Origin: Callorhinchus milii
Lineage: Eukaryota
NCBI RefSeq assembly: GCF_018977255.1
Contig: NW_024704743.1
Span: 29,142,001-29,206,000, forward strand
Length of the DNA: 64,000 nucleotides
Direction of reading: 5' to 3'
The position numbers and the translations under genes were made by a program. A model generated the notes under the pieces. The model was given only the letters and a program-made list of their open reading frames with translations, had not been told where the DNA came from and searched no databases. Below are positions 25,401 through 38,700 of the stretch, piece after piece. Positions within the stretch are counted from its first letter, which is position 1. Each line of letters begins with the position of its first letter.

Positions 25401-27632
25401 TTCTGTTTTTGTTCCCCCAACCCACCCAAAAAAAAAATAACAGTGACATACATATACATTACATTTAAATGGTACATGGCTCTGCGCGCTACACCGTGTC
25501 TTCTCCGGATCAGCTTGTTTTCTTACATGTTAACGGGTTTATTGGTGCAGTCTTCGACGAGCCCTCGCATGCATCCGTAAAATGCAAATAAAAAGGTGTT
25601 TCTCCCAAACAAACTGGTGGATTTGGATTTTGTTAGACTGTCACAGGAACAAAGGGACTGACTTGGAGCAAGTAAATAAATCAGGCCATCAAACTCAGTG
25701 TATTCAATGGAACAGACGTGTACACTCATCGGTTTATAATGCATCTAAAAACATACCTATTCGTGTATTCGTGTACACGTTTCTGTCTGTGCTCTTGTTA
25801 TTTCTAAGGTGCAGTGGATCCCGGGGGATGAATGTCGAACTGCATAAATCAATAATTATATCAGTGCTGTTCCTGTACATAAAAAGCCTTTCAAAAGAAG
25901 ACCTTATGATATGTTTACAGATAATAATAAAAATATTACAATGCGAATGGCCTGTTGCATTCCGTGCATATGGGATTCTCCAGAAAACTAAAATATTGTA
26001 GATACCGACTGTAAACCCCCCCCCCCCACCCCCTTACGATTAAAGGGTAATTTTTCGGCGCATAGTGTCGTTTTGTCCCGAATGCATCGATAGGCAGCGA
26101 TGTATAACTAATGCATAAAGTGGAGTTGTTTTAGTGACAGACTTTCCACACAAGAAAAATGTGCAACAGCCTGTAAGAAATGAGAGCTAGTCTGGATCCC
26201 CAGGTCTCTCTATCTGTGACCTGCTGATACACAATCATTAAAAACATTTACAGAGTGCGGAATGTTCCCATCCAGCAGCTACTGCTGAAACCAGCAAATG
26301 ATTGCCAGGTGCCCTCACTCAGATACCGAGGGAATGAATGAGTCTCTGCAATGGTTTTGCGGCGCTTGTGGAAGACCTTTACAGTAAATGCTCCGAACTG
26401 GAGTGACATGTTACACAAAAGGAACAGTCTTGCATGGAGATACTGAAAAGGATGCCACCACCTTCAGCGGTTTCTTCACTCGAATATCAGCGTCAGGCAT
26501 TTCTCATGAAGCTCAAATAACACGTTCCCTTCTTACTGTATTTAACCTGTATATCAGACACTGTCTGATATATAGGTTAAATACATGTATATTCTGTAAA
26601 AGAATCCCTCTCCCCTGTTGCATTAAAAATACAAGTTTGTTTGTTTTTTAAAAGAAGACTTTTTGTTTACAGGAGATTGCATTTGTTTCGGTTTGAAGCT
26701 GAAATGGCTGAATGTAAATGTCCTTTAACTAAAATGCTCTCTATGGTCGAGATAAATTGTCACCGCGTGATGATGTCCCGCTGTCCCCGAAAGACGTGTA
26801 GAAAACATACCAGAAAGACTGCATCAAATACAAAATAAGGCAGCACAGCCGAAACAAGACAGGGACTGACCATCCTTCCTTCCTTCCACTCGCAGCTTAC
26901 TCTGCGCAAAGAGAATATTTTGCAGTTAGATATACAGGCCGCTCATTGCAACACATGTAATGTATATTCAACTTAGCAGTGCTGCGTTTTAACGCATTAT
27001 CGCAATGCACATTTGTACGTAGCCCTAACTGCATCGAAAGCGTGTGTCACATAACGTCTGCAAGCTGTTATCACTAAGCAATTTAAGGATAAACTCCCTC
27101 AAGAAACCAGGTCCATCTTGAGAACTGTACACACACCATGTGAACACTGAAAACCCCAGCCCCCGTTTAAACCCGATTTAAAGGAAATTCTACGGTGCAA
27201 TCATTTGAAACGTTACCATCTTCACAGGCGGGAGTTTTACTAGTAAATCCCACGAATTTAAAGAGTTGCCCTTTGGAATCAGTGTCTCTTGCAGCCAAGA
27301 AAATCCGTTCAAACGATCTTCCTTTAAACCGAGTTGATGGAGCGCAGGTTGCAAGAAGAGGAATGGGAGTAAAGGCAGAGAGAGGACGAGAGAATTATGC
27401 AGGGCAATTCTTGGCTGTACAAATAGCCCGAGGCAGCACAAAAAAAGATCATTTGCCGGTCCTCGTGTGTGGAACATGCCACTCGTGAACATATCAGCTC
27501 CACCTGCAGCGACAGATAGAAATACAATGCATCACATTGTACCCAAATAAATAGTCACCTCGCAAACACACCAGCGATCAACGAGAAGGTACATTTATAG
27601 CCTTTCATTAATCCATTAGAAACTAGGTCTGC

Positions 27633-27716
27633 GTGTATATATATTATATATATATATAATAATATATATATATATAATATAATATATAATATATAATATA
27701 TATATTATATATATAT
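27633..27716. repeat. (TA)n / AT-only low-complexity tract
   Basis: About 80 nt made almost entirely of A and T. Confidence 0.9.
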
Positions 27717-29779
27717 CATGATTTGCAATGCGTGGAGGCGATTTACATTCTTATTTCCCGTATCCTTATTTGTATACCCATCACTTTTTTTCTAGATTAT
27801 CGGGTGCATTTGCTGGCATAGTGTAACTATACTTTTTTTTAAAAAAAGATTGTCATCATGTTTCGAACGATATAGTTACCAGTGTACCTGACGGAGTGCA
27901 TTGCATGTGTGCCGGGCTATAAATTAACACAATAAACACACGGGCAGAGCCCGATTGCACAATGCATTCAACTCGCGAAAACGGTGTTATTCTAAAAAAA
28001 AAGTTTAAAATGATACAAAAGCAAAAAAATGTTATTACTAATTTGGACGTGAGAGTTAATAAAGCTCCCAGGTGGACAAGGAGCGTTCACCGCACGGTTG
28101 TAGTTTCTTTAGATGTAATTTATAAAACATCATGATTTCCAATTGTTATCGTTGTTTTTTTTTCAGATTGTTGTAAGAAATTAAGGCTTTCGTTTTGCGA
28201 CGCACAGTTCTTGGTATCGTGTTTCAAATAATATATTTTCTCACGCCAAAGAAGTACTCGTTTGATTTACTGGTTAGTGCTCAGGTAGGGGGCTCTCAAC
28301 TGAATAAATTCACACGTGCAAACTCGCACTGTTGTATAATAGAGATCCAACTTCAGCGACTTGGAAAACGTGTAGTGTTCGCGATACTGTTTGGGCATTG
28401 GGAGAGCTTTGTAACTCTCTCGCAGGAAAAAAAATTCTAAATTAAATTAAGGCTTGAGATCGAAAGATCGAAACGCTGGCGTTCAACGAACTCTTAAAGA
28501 GGGGCTGAATTGCAAACAGTTTGTGGGGAAGGGGATGCGAGACGTGTCATGAACACATCAAGAATCTGGGAATCTGGGAATCACACTCTCACCCCACAGC
28601 CGTTTGGCGGAACGGTGCAAAGACCAAATCTGCTTCACACATCTGTAAATGCACTCACACCTCATGGTTTCAGAAAAAGGCTCTAATTAAATTAAGACTG
28701 AGCAGCCACTTGATTGCAAAGCCCGTGCCGGGCTGTTCAATGGAGTAAATAATCCGTTCAATATTCCATCTGTTTAAAACATTCATGTTGCGGTCCGAAC
28801 TATTTTAAGTTCTTAGGGTCGTGCCGACTCTGCAGTAGAGTTTAAGGATAACTTTTAAAGTTTCTAATGAATTCTCCTGCTCTGCTCGGGCTGCAATCCC
28901 TGGAGAGTCAGTAGTCCAGACCTATTTTACACTTCAGTGGGCAGCCACTGATTATCATTGCACACTTTAAAATCCCTCAATTGCGGGGCCCACAAAGCGC
29001 TTGGCTGCCGAATTCGTTCTTCTTTTTACATATACAGTACATAAAAAAAAGTCCAATTTTTCCAAATGAAAACGTACAAAGCTGGGGTGGGTGGTGCAGT
29101 GTGGGGGTGGGGGGAATCAACCAGTTACTCTAACTAATTGACCGCGTCTATTTCCCCCCCAAAAAAACAGGAATGCAAACTATACCAACAGAGGCTGAAA
29201 AGATTTGTTTTAACACACACACACACACACACATGCACGCGTCCGGAATTTCCTTTTAAATCTCCCCCAAAAACTTCTAAAGTTTTGCTCGGAGCTCCTG
29301 CACACCCCCCCGTTTTGGTTTGTTTATTTTCTTGGGACTAACACCACGCACACGTTTCTCGTGCCCCGTCGTGGAATTGACAGAAGGCTGACACACAGGA
29401 CCGTTGAACGTGTTTTTTTTATGTTTTTGTTTTTCGCAATGCTGTCGTGAAAGGTAGAAATGATGTTTGGGGTTTATTTTTTGTCACCTTACAGATTCAG
29501 CTTCTGCGGGTGAGTGACCGATCTCAGAGCAGTGGCTGCAAACGAGGACATCTTTTACCATTGGAAAGTCGAGGTGTGTGCATGGGGAGGGAGGGGGGGG
29601 GGAGGGGAGGTTGAGCAAAAAAAAAGTGGAGGGGTGGAGGAGGGGAGGGGGTTGCATTACCTTTTTAAATGCTGTGTTTTTGGGGGGCTGGAATGGGGGC
29701 TGGGATATCAAGTGGGGTGGGGCAATGAGACGCCACCTAGGTTCTGGGATGTGAGTGTGTGTGTGTATGTGTGTGTGTG

Positions 29780-29960
29780 TGTGGCCAAAACGGCAGCAAC
29801 TTGCTTTTCCATTGAGGGCGGCAGCTCCTTCAATTGGACGCTTTCACCTCGGGGAGGGGCTCCCGCTTGAGAGAAAAAAAAAACCAACTGCGTAAAAGTC
29901 TTATCAAGTGACGGATGCTCAAAGTTCAGAAGTTTTCCAATTCACTCCGCCACCCCGCGG
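29780..29960 (+). promoter_or_regulatory. Probable FOXC1 core promoter / TSS region
   Basis: Unique-sequence block (ccaactgcgtaaaagtc...gtgacggatgctcaaagttcagaagttttcc) between simple repeats, ~600 nt upstream of the ATG. It resembles my recollection of conserved FOXC1 upstream sequence. TSS not determined. Confidence 0.5.
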
Positions 29961-29964
29961 GGGG

Positions 29965-30258
29965 AGACAGAGAGAGAGAGACAGACACACACACACAGAG
30001 TGAGTGAGTGAGTGTGAGTGAGTGACTGTGAGAGAGACACACACACACACACACACAGTGAGTGTGGGTGAGTGAGTGAGAGACTGAGAGAGAGACACAC
30101 ACACGGAGTGAGAGTGAGTGAGTGAGACTGAGAGAGAGAGAGAGAGAGAAAGAGATACACACACGCACAGAGTGAGTGAGTGAGTGAGAGTGAGTGAGTG
30201 AGTGAGAGTGAGTGAGTCAGAGTGAGAGAGAGAGAAAGGACAGAGTCAGAGAGAGAGA
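29965..30258. repeat. Mosaic (GA)n/(CA)n/(GAGT)n microsatellite upstream of the FOXC1 ATG
   Basis: Interleaved gaga, caca and gagtgagt runs are directly visible. Confidence 0.9.
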
Positions 30259-30537
30259 AAAAAAATTGGGGTGGGGGGGGGGAAATATTTGTTTCTTGGG
30301 GGAGGGTGGGGGGGGGGTTAATCCGGGAGCTAAAACCTCGGCGCAACTTCGGAAAAGTTTGGGATTGCTTTATTTTCCCGTCGAGAGAGAGGGAGACAGA
30401 GAGGGAGAGAGGGAGAGAGAGTGTGTGCGGTGTGTTTCCCCCCACCGCCCCCCGTCCCCCCCACCCCCCACACCCCCACCCCCGTGGAGAAAGTCGGCGT
30501 TGAGAAAGCAGCGCACGTTGTTTCGGGAGTGGCAGCG

Positions 30538-32097
30538 ATGCAGGCTCGCTACTCCGTGTCCAGCCCCAACTCCCTGGGAGTTGTGCCTTACATCGGCGAC
30601 CAGAATTACTACCGAGCCGGACCCGGTTACGCGGGGATCCCGCCCCCGATGACCATGTACTCGCACCCGGCGCACGAACAGTACGCCGCCAACATGGCCA
30701 GATCCTACGGCCACTACGCGCCCCAGCCCCAGCCGAAGGACATGGTGAAGCCCCCTTACAGCTACATCGCCCTCATCACGATGGCCATCCAGAACGCCCC
30801 GGACAAGAAGATCACCCTCAACGGGATCTACCAGTTTATCATGGAGAGGTTCCCGTTCTACCGGGAGAACAAGCAGGGCTGGCAGAACAGCATCCGCCAC
30901 AACCTGTCCCTCAACGAGTGCTTCGTCAAGGTGCCCCGGGACGACAAGAAACCGGGCAAAGGCAGCTACTGGACCCTGGATCCCGACTCCTACAACATGT
31001 TCGAGAACGGCAGCTTCCTGAGGAGGAGGAGGCGCTTCAAGAAGAAGGACGCCATCCGGGAGAAGGAGGAGAGGGAACGGCAGCCCAAGGACTCCCAGCC
31101 CAGGCAGCAGGCGCCCGACGCCGGGAAAAGCAGCCCCTCGCAGCCCATGAGGATCCGGGAGATCAAGACGGAGAACGGCTCGTCCTCGCCCCCCCCCGGG
31201 CCCGCCTCCCCCTCCCTGAACATGGTGCCCAAGATCGAGAGCCCGGACACCAGCAGCATGTCCAGCGCCAGCCCTCACAGCATCCCATCCAACAGGTCCA
31301 TGAGCCTGGACAACCCAGAGCAGCAGCAGCAGCAGCACCAGCACCAGCAGCACCAGCAGCAGCACCAGCAGCACCAGCACCAGGCCGCTGCTCAGGGCTT
31401 CACCGTGGATAACATCATCACGTCTCTGAGGGGGTCGCCCCACGGCAACAGTGACCTCGGCGCCAGCCTGGCCGCCGCCTCCTCCAGGACAGGCATCGCT
31501 CCTGCCCTGCCGCACGGTTACCCTTCCAGTCAGCCGTCCATGTACAACCCACCCTGCGGGGGCCAGAACATGACCTCCAGCGGCGGCGGCGGCGGAGGAG
31601 GAGGAGGAGGAGGCGGAGGAGTAGGAGGAGGAGGCGGCGGCGGCAGCAGCAGCAACGCGGGGACTTACCACTGCAACATGCAGGCGATGAGCCTCTACGC
31701 CGGGGACAGGGCGCCCCACATGCCGACCACCAGCGGCGCAGCGGACGAGACTTTACCAGATTACGCCATCCCCACCGCCGCCGCCGCCGCCGCCACCGCC
31801 GCCGCCGCCGCCCCGTCCTTAACTCACAGCCTGAGCAACGGCCAGGAAGGAGCCGGGGGGGGTCGGATGGCCTACTGGTACCTGAACCAGACCGGCGACC
31901 TGGGTCACTACGCGGGGCAGCAGCAGAACTTCCACTCGGTGCGAGAGACGTTTGAGTCGCAGAGGATCGGCCTCGGCCACTCGGCCGTCAGTTCTGCACA
32001 TGTCAATGGGAATAGCAGCTGCCAAATGTCCTTTGCCTCGGCTCAGCCACTTTACCGCACCTCAGGTTCGTTTGTCTACGACTGCAGCAAGTACTGA
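30538..32097 (+). CDS. FOXC1: Forkhead box protein C1, single coding exon, 519 aa
   Basis: ATG at 30538 (context gcagcgATGc) opens [18 protein letters not shown], the FOXC1-type N-terminus (FOXC2 reads SVSDPNALGVV). Intact forkhead domain [31 protein letters not shown]...[10 protein letters not shown] at ~30748-31038, eh1-like FTVDNII, C-terminus [15 protein letters not shown]. Convergent GMDS neighbour matches known FOXC1 synteny. Confidence 0.97.
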   Translation: MQARYSVSSPNSLGVVPYIGDQNYYRAGPGYAGIPPPMTMYSHPAHEQYAANMARSYGHYAPQPQPKDMVKPPYSYIALITMAIQNAPDKKITLNGIYQFIMERFPFYRENKQGWQNSIRHNLSLNECFVKVPRDDKKPGKGSYWTLDPDSYNMFENGSFLRRRRRFKKKDAIREKEERERQPKDSQPRQQAPDAGKSSPSQPMRIREIKTENGSSSPPPGPASPSLNMVPKIESPDTSSMSSASPHSIPSNRSMSLDNPEQQQQQHQHQQHQQQHQQHQHQAAAQGFTVDNIITSLRGSPHGNSDLGASLAAASSRTGIAPALPHGYPSSQPSMYNPPCGGQNMTSSGGGGGGGGGGGGGVGGGGGGGSSSNAGTYHCNMQAMSLYAGDRAPHMPTTSGAADETLPDYAIPTAAAAAATAAAAAPSLTHSLSNGQEGAGGGRMAYWYLNQTGDLGHYAGQQQNFHSVRETFESQRIGLGHSAVSSAHVNGNSSCQMSFASAQPLYRTSGSFVYDCSKY

Positions 32098-32175
32098 CAC
32101 AACGCGTTTACAAACTCTTTTTTTCCCCCCCCCCTCGAGTCCTTTTCAGTACACCAGCAACAACACGCCACGTTT

Positions 32176-32193
32176 CTGTGTACATATATATAT

Positions 32194-32224
<31 letters not shown>

Positions 32225-32310
32225 TATGCATATATATGTACATATATATTTTATATTGCACATGTGTGTGTGTGTGTGTGTGTGTGTATCTATATATATA
32301 TATACGCGCG
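32176..32310. repeat. (TA)n/(CA)n/(TG)n microsatellite mosaic in the FOXC1 3' UTR
   Basis: Visible dinucleotide runs; the CA and TG tracts are arranged as a self-complementary pair. Confidence 0.85.
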
Positions 32311-32704
32311 ACAAACCAATCCAATCTGAAATTTGGCTAAAAGGACAGCGTTGCTCCAAGTGATCCGTAAGTTGCTTTATTGCAAGAGAGAGAGACGAGG
32401 TGTTTAAAATATTACAAAGTATGTGTCAAATCTATTAAAAGTTCCGCGCAAGCTTACCTGGACTTGTTATACACACGTAAATGTCATATAGTAATTTATT
32501 TTAAGTTGTAGTAGGATATCCTTTTTATAAATATGGACCAAACACGTGAAAAGTGTTTCAGAAATTACTTTAAGCTCCCTCCAATGTTTTTATTTCTCGA
32601 TGTTACATCTTCCATTATAAAAAAAAAGGGAAACTGTATTACGCGATTTTCTTTTTTCTCCTTTTGTTGAACCTATTCTAAAGGCATTGCATTGTTTGTC
32701 TATA

Positions 32705-32710
32705 AATAAA
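32705..32710 (+). terminator. Candidate FOXC1 polyadenylation signal (AATAAA)
   Basis: AATAAA about 610 nt after the stop, ending a T-rich block (gggaaactgtatt...ttttgttgaac...ttgtttg...aataaatta) that resembles my recollection of the mammalian FOXC1 3' end. GT-rich sequence follows. Confidence 0.65.
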
Positions 32711-35700
32711 TTACAGTTCGATTCGAGTGCTAACCACGTCTGTTGTAAACTAAAGTCTTGGTGTTTTAACTTCTCTCGTTTAAACGTCTTGGGGGGTTTA
32801 GTCAGACGCTAACAGTTGGAAAGACATTGAACAAATAATGCATCCACACCAAATCATTTTTATTTATTTAGTTTGATTTTATTTGGCTTAATGCGGCGTA
32901 TCAATCGGGTCAATCCCGTCGTTGGTGTCGATGACTTTATATCCATATAGAAGATATATATATATATATATTTATCCGCTGGATCCGGAGCGAATCCCAT
33001 ATCTTTGCACATATCCTCAGCACAGGCTGACATTTCGGATAATACCGTCCCTTATCCGCTCCACTATCTAAAGACAACAATTAGACAATAATTACCATCG
33101 CTTACTTACTTGATTGCTGCCAAATTGCGGAGTCCAGGCGGTCATTTAAAGGCACACAATCACCTTTGGATTGTTTTTTTTTATTTTTTAAATATATATA
33201 TATTAAAAAAGAAAACTAATACAATCAAACGTGCCTGGGAAGAAAAAAACTCTTTTAAAGAACAAGCCAAGGCCCAATAAAGATATAGATATAATGTTAA
33301 AGAGGTTCAGAGAGATTCCCAGTCACATTGCTGGGTGAGGCCGGTGTATAGAGTACAGACGGCTGATTTTTACTCAATTTCTCAAAGAACTCCTGTGACC
33401 AAAATGAAAGACTAATGTACTTTGCGGTGTTGTTCAGATTAGATCTGGCCTGTTTATCCGTGGTGGGAAACTCTGTTTAAAAAAAAAAGTACTCATCTAT
33501 TTGTAGGCGCAGCATTGATTTCTATTTTACTTTTTTTTAAAACAGAAAGACAGAAATAAATAGATTTTTTCTGCTAAGAGCCGCAAAATGTTTCCACTCC
33601 TGATTTCCTAAGCAGACATCGCGCAAATGATCGCGTTGTAAATTAATATATTTAACGTTTATTGTTTGTATATATATTTTTTGTAAAGCTTACGATTTAA
33701 GTTCTTATTTTAAACGTGACCAACTCAGTTCGATTCTAATGTGATGGTTTATCAGAGGGATAGAGAAACAGCCACAGCGTTAGGGTTTCTGCACTCCCTG
33801 TGCCGAAACTTCACCAAATAGACATTTGTCCTTCAGTCAAACTCGCTTTTACCGAAAAAAAACGTAAAACCCGATCAATTCGCTTTTTTTGTTGGCCGTC
33901 CCGAAGTTGATTCGAATGAAGAGGGATTTCCTTTTAAAAAAAACTTTACAACAGTATATATATATATATATATTTGGACATAGATTGGAATATCGCACTT
34001 CAGAGGCAATTTGGGTAGACATGTACCGAGGGGGGGGGGGGAGAGGGACTTCAACGTTCACACTTCTGCTGTCGCAAAGACACTTAAAGAGCTCGGTCTA
34101 AAGGCTGGGATACATAGCCCTCTGTACTGATTGATAGTGTGGTTGGTTTTGTCTCTTTTTTTTTTGCTCATTTTGAAACGCAGTCAGGTAGGCCTGGACA
34201 CCAGAGTCCCTCTCTAACCACACCAACCTGCCTGCGCCTTTTATGGTTCCGCAGAAACAAATCTGTAACTTATAAAATTCAATTACTGCCTGCAAAAGAC
34301 CACGCAGAATCAGAAAGCAGCAGCCTAAACAACAATAAAATCACGACAGGTATTTTAAACGCAGCCAAGCCATGAAGTCGAGCAAAGCGGTGCTGCTTGC
34401 CAATAAGTGCATTTTGTATTTAAAAAATAATCCCATGTGTTTGTCTGGATTCACAATAGTATGCGTAGGAAAACAGGCAAGTAGTATTACTGTGTGATTT
34501 TCGAAAAACGTATCTAGATTTTTTTTAAATTCTGAAATAAATAGGGCAGCCCATTACAATATAACAAATAGGCCTTCGAAACTGTACTCCAGAGCATTAG
34601 CAACATCAAGATTTATTGAGTGCATATTATGCTTTATTAGGGGCCGTTGACTGGACAGTTAAAGAAGAAACCCTCAAAGATAAATCCCAAATCTGGCGAA
34701 ACGTACTGAATCAAACTGATGTAAAGAATACTGGTTCCAGTGTTATTGAGGAGTAATGTAATCCGCTGGTGGGATCTTTATTATAATTGAATGCTGATGT
34801 TTTTTTTAAAAAAAGAGATTTTTTAATTAAAATATTCTGTAATTAATTACCTTTTCATGGCAATTAATTTTTGTGAATTCAATTCGGATCACTGGTCGGA
34901 GCCTGGGCAGCGCTGAATAACTTGTAAGCGTTGAACTGACCCGATCCTATTAAGTCGCTGACCCGCTCTGGTTATTAACTGTTTACTCACCAATTCCTCT
35001 ACGGTAAAGTTTGTTTTGAATACACACGTGTGTTTTGGGGAATGAAGGGATAGACGTAGAGATGAAGGAGTTTTCATTCGTGGCAAACTTCAGGTGATCG
35101 TCCACGAGCCATACACCAACCAGTATTATGTGAACCAGGGAGAGAAAAACACACAGCTGCATGGTTCATCTTGTCCACTATTTTGCTTGATGGTACATTA
35201 TTATATTTTCCGTAGTAATATTCGACACACACGACTTTCAAATGCGAGAAAAAGTATGTCCAATATATCCATTTAAACATACGTCTATTGGTACCTAATG
35301 TCTAAGGCGTCCTCGGGAGATTACCTAAACAGACAGAACTCTTCAACATGTAGGAGAGCGATCTTCTAATTTACTGGGAAAAATTTTCCCTGGGCTTTTA
35401 CTCCAGATCACTGTTAGATTCGCGAATTTCTGAATGACCCTCGGTCTGTTTCACAGGTCTAAAGTATCGTTTAATTCAATAGAATCTACTGTCAGCGTTT
35501 TGACGACGCTCAATAAAATGCCCCAGTCTTGCTTTTTGGTGGCAAGTTGACTTTACAAAAACAAATCCACTCGGTTTTTTTTAATTTCACATTTTATTCG
35601 AAAATGGGAGTGTGGAATTAGCTATCGGTTTCAAACTATGAGTACTAAATCTACAAAAAAAAATCCCGTTCTATCCCCTCTATGAATTATAGGGCATGAA

Positions 35701-38700
35701 ATTAACAGGGCAATGTCTGGTCGTGTTGAGTTAATGCAAAATCAATAATCAATCGAATTGTATTGGAGATGGGGTGGTGGGGGGACTATTATCATTGTAA
35801 ACTAGAAACAGTTTCTGAAATATGCCAGGAGCCTTAAATGAAGTTGAAACATGTGAAGATGAAGGGAAGTGGATTTGAGTGGTCAGCGTGGAGACGGCTT
35901 ATCTGTAGTGCGAAATGCTGGTGGTTTTTATTCCAAGAGCACAAGCGCATTAGGACGCTTGACAGCAAACCGCAACTGGAAAACAAAGACGTTTCTTGCT
36001 AGAAACAGACGAGAGAATAATATATATATATATTTTGGCAAGCTGCAAACAGGTAGAAAAATAATGCGCAGAAAGTTGCACTCAATACAGAATGAGGCTT
36101 CATAGTTTGTGGCTTTTTTTTCCCTGAAGCGCATTAACTGAATTGAAATAGATAAAGCTTCAACGCCGGAAAATCCTTGCGATGGCGAACGACATGTGGA
36201 ATGCGATCGGGTGTTTCTTTCTAAAAAAAAATTAACGTTATCAGACTTCTTTTTTTTCGCCATAACTTGACTTTATGAATACAGTCGAGAAGTCGGGACT
36301 ATGTTACTTGCCTAGATTTTAAAAAAATGCAACATGCAGTGAGTAATTCATGTGGTGGAGTTTGATATTAGCTGTTCGGGCAATATGAGGAGCGATGTGA
36401 GATTAGGGTGTGTAATGTGGCCACCTGTTTGTAATGGCATCAGCGTTAAAAAATCCGCAGAACTGTATAAGAATGTAATATAATTTAGAGTTAGGAGGTC
36501 CATACACTGGATAGCCAAGTCGCATATAGCATTGGCAAATTCCTGACTCTCTTTTGATATATGCAAGTTGTGCCCAATTCTATCAGTTTTGCTCCTTTCA
36601 TAGTTATTGATGGTGTGGCCAGGCTCTGTCAAACCCAGGTCTGCCTATATCAACGTCTCAATTAACAAAGGGGCAAAGCCAGGCAAAAATTGTAGATGAA
36701 AGACTGGCAGACATGACAGACAGATAAACAGGGTCAAGGCCAGTAAGCTTGATAGCAATTCCTAAATCCATTGACCAACGAATTCAATAACAAGGTGAAG
36801 CTTGGGATCACAGCCAATTTGAGAATTGGAGATTTTATTATATACCACTGCTGCCCCTAATTTATTCTATTTAAACAGCAGGTTTAATATAACATATTGT
36901 ATAAAACGATATATTATGCACATATATATATACACACACACACACGTCAATAGATCCCATTTTGTACGCATTGTATAAGACTCAAACTATAGTACCTACT
37001 TTTTTATGATTAACATTGTTCGTGCCTGAATACATTGGATTCATATCTGTCCCAAACGCCCAAACAAATGGATTAAGTGTGAGGGAATTTGACGGTTAAG
37101 ATGCTTTGTGGTGCAATATTTGTTTGGGCTGTATCGTCCTCTTTAATCTTCAAACGGCCGATGGGAAACCCTCCTCTCCAGAAGTTCCAGATTGAAGAAA
37201 TGGAAATGTCCGGCAATGCAGACAAATTTATTTTATTAAAAACGAAACATTCCGTACTTTTGCTACAACTTAATATGTGTAGGAAACAGTCAAAAGGACG
37301 AAAACAAGAAACAATTATTTGAACTAGGGACAGTGCGCTGTCGCTGCTACCTGTGTTTTATTGGATGCTAGGTTTATAGCAAGGCCAGTCCATATTTAAT
37401 CAGGACATTTAACCAGCGCTGGAAACAGGCTATTTAATGAATAACTACTGTAATATGTAAAGTCCAGAGCTTAAAAACTGAAACAGTAAATGAGAGTGAT
37501 ACACAATAGGATATTAGCAACCAGTTACTTCTAACATGCCCAATATGTAGATATTTGTAAGTCTCTTTGCACTGACAATGTTGAACAAAATTAATACTAA
37601 GGGCAAATGTTATAGGACAATTTATTATATACTGCAATAAGCAGTACGTTATGTTTTATTAGCATATTTACATACAAAACCAGGCATTGCACTTGAAACC
37701 AATTACTTGTAAAAAGCCTTTTGAGGCTCCAAGGCGCTATAAAAATGCAAGTTCTTTCTCAATCTTATTTAACCAAGTTTCAGTTTGTTCGAGAAACGTA
37801 GTCGGTACAAAATAAAATATTCTTGATTTATGCGGATCTGAGTTCTTAGTACATTTTTGTCCGTCCCTCTTTACTGCGCGTACATAATCCTAGTTCGATC
37901 GCTCTCTTCATTTATTCTCGAGGTTTATACAAGAGAGAAAAGGAGGCAGTTTGCGTTTTTATATGCATGCATTCATATGCGCACATTGTGTAAATATATA
38001 AATGTATATAAGTGCATGTGTACATCTAGAACTGGAGTTTCCAACTTTAATTATAAAACCATTAATTCTCCCCAGTCTAATAAACAAACGTCGCGTTAGT
38101 AACAAGATTGATTGCGTACATGCAACACAATCTGACTGGTCCAGGAAGGAATAAAATTCAATCAGTGCGCGGAATCATTTTTCATTAGACGGAAAAGCAC
38201 AGAGCGAAATGAAACCAGAGGTCAGTGCAGAGGATGTCAGTCTAACAACCCCACAACCAAATGAGAGCAACAGGGGCCTTGCACCGGGCCACTCTGTCTC
38301 CCTCTGAAAAACAAAAAAGCAATCGTTGCATTTTTTTAAAAAAAAAAGAAATCTTTACAATAAATCCTGTCGTCTTTCACTTGGATTACAATGTTCAAAT
38401 GTTAAACCGTTGCTGAGGTTCACTCCCCCATTTGCCATAGACACAGGAAAAGTTTGTACAAATTTTACTCCCCTCCTAGTAATGTATCTTAGAGTTGCCT
38501 TTGACTTTTTTTATTTAGAATTGGCTGCATTCCCGAAATCAGGACTGTATACTTTTTAAAAAATATATATATATTTAAACATAAAGTCGCGAAAACGGTT
38601 TGAGTATAAATTGCAGCGATATCGTTATCTGGCATTTGGGATCCCATTTCTTTACAAATGTCTGGAGTGGAGCTTGGCAATGGCACAGCCCCCCACCCCC

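Noticed and set aside
30421..30537. 39-codon N-terminal extension of FOXC1 from a GTG
   Set aside because: The GTG lies in a gtgtgt microsatellite, the extension is C-run-derived poly-Pro, and the conserved protein starts at MQARYS (30538).
30370..31719. 449-aa antisense ORF overlapping FOXC1 (and the 164-aa alternative-frame ORF 30918-31412)
   Set aside because: Shadow ORFs expected from GC-rich codon usage and triplet repeats in FOXC1; the products are low-complexity mirrors with no recognisable domain.
30538..32097. Assignment as FOXC2
   Set aside because: The N-terminus (SSPNSLG), the C-terminus (LYRTSG.FVYDCSK) and the GMDS neighbour all indicate FOXC1.
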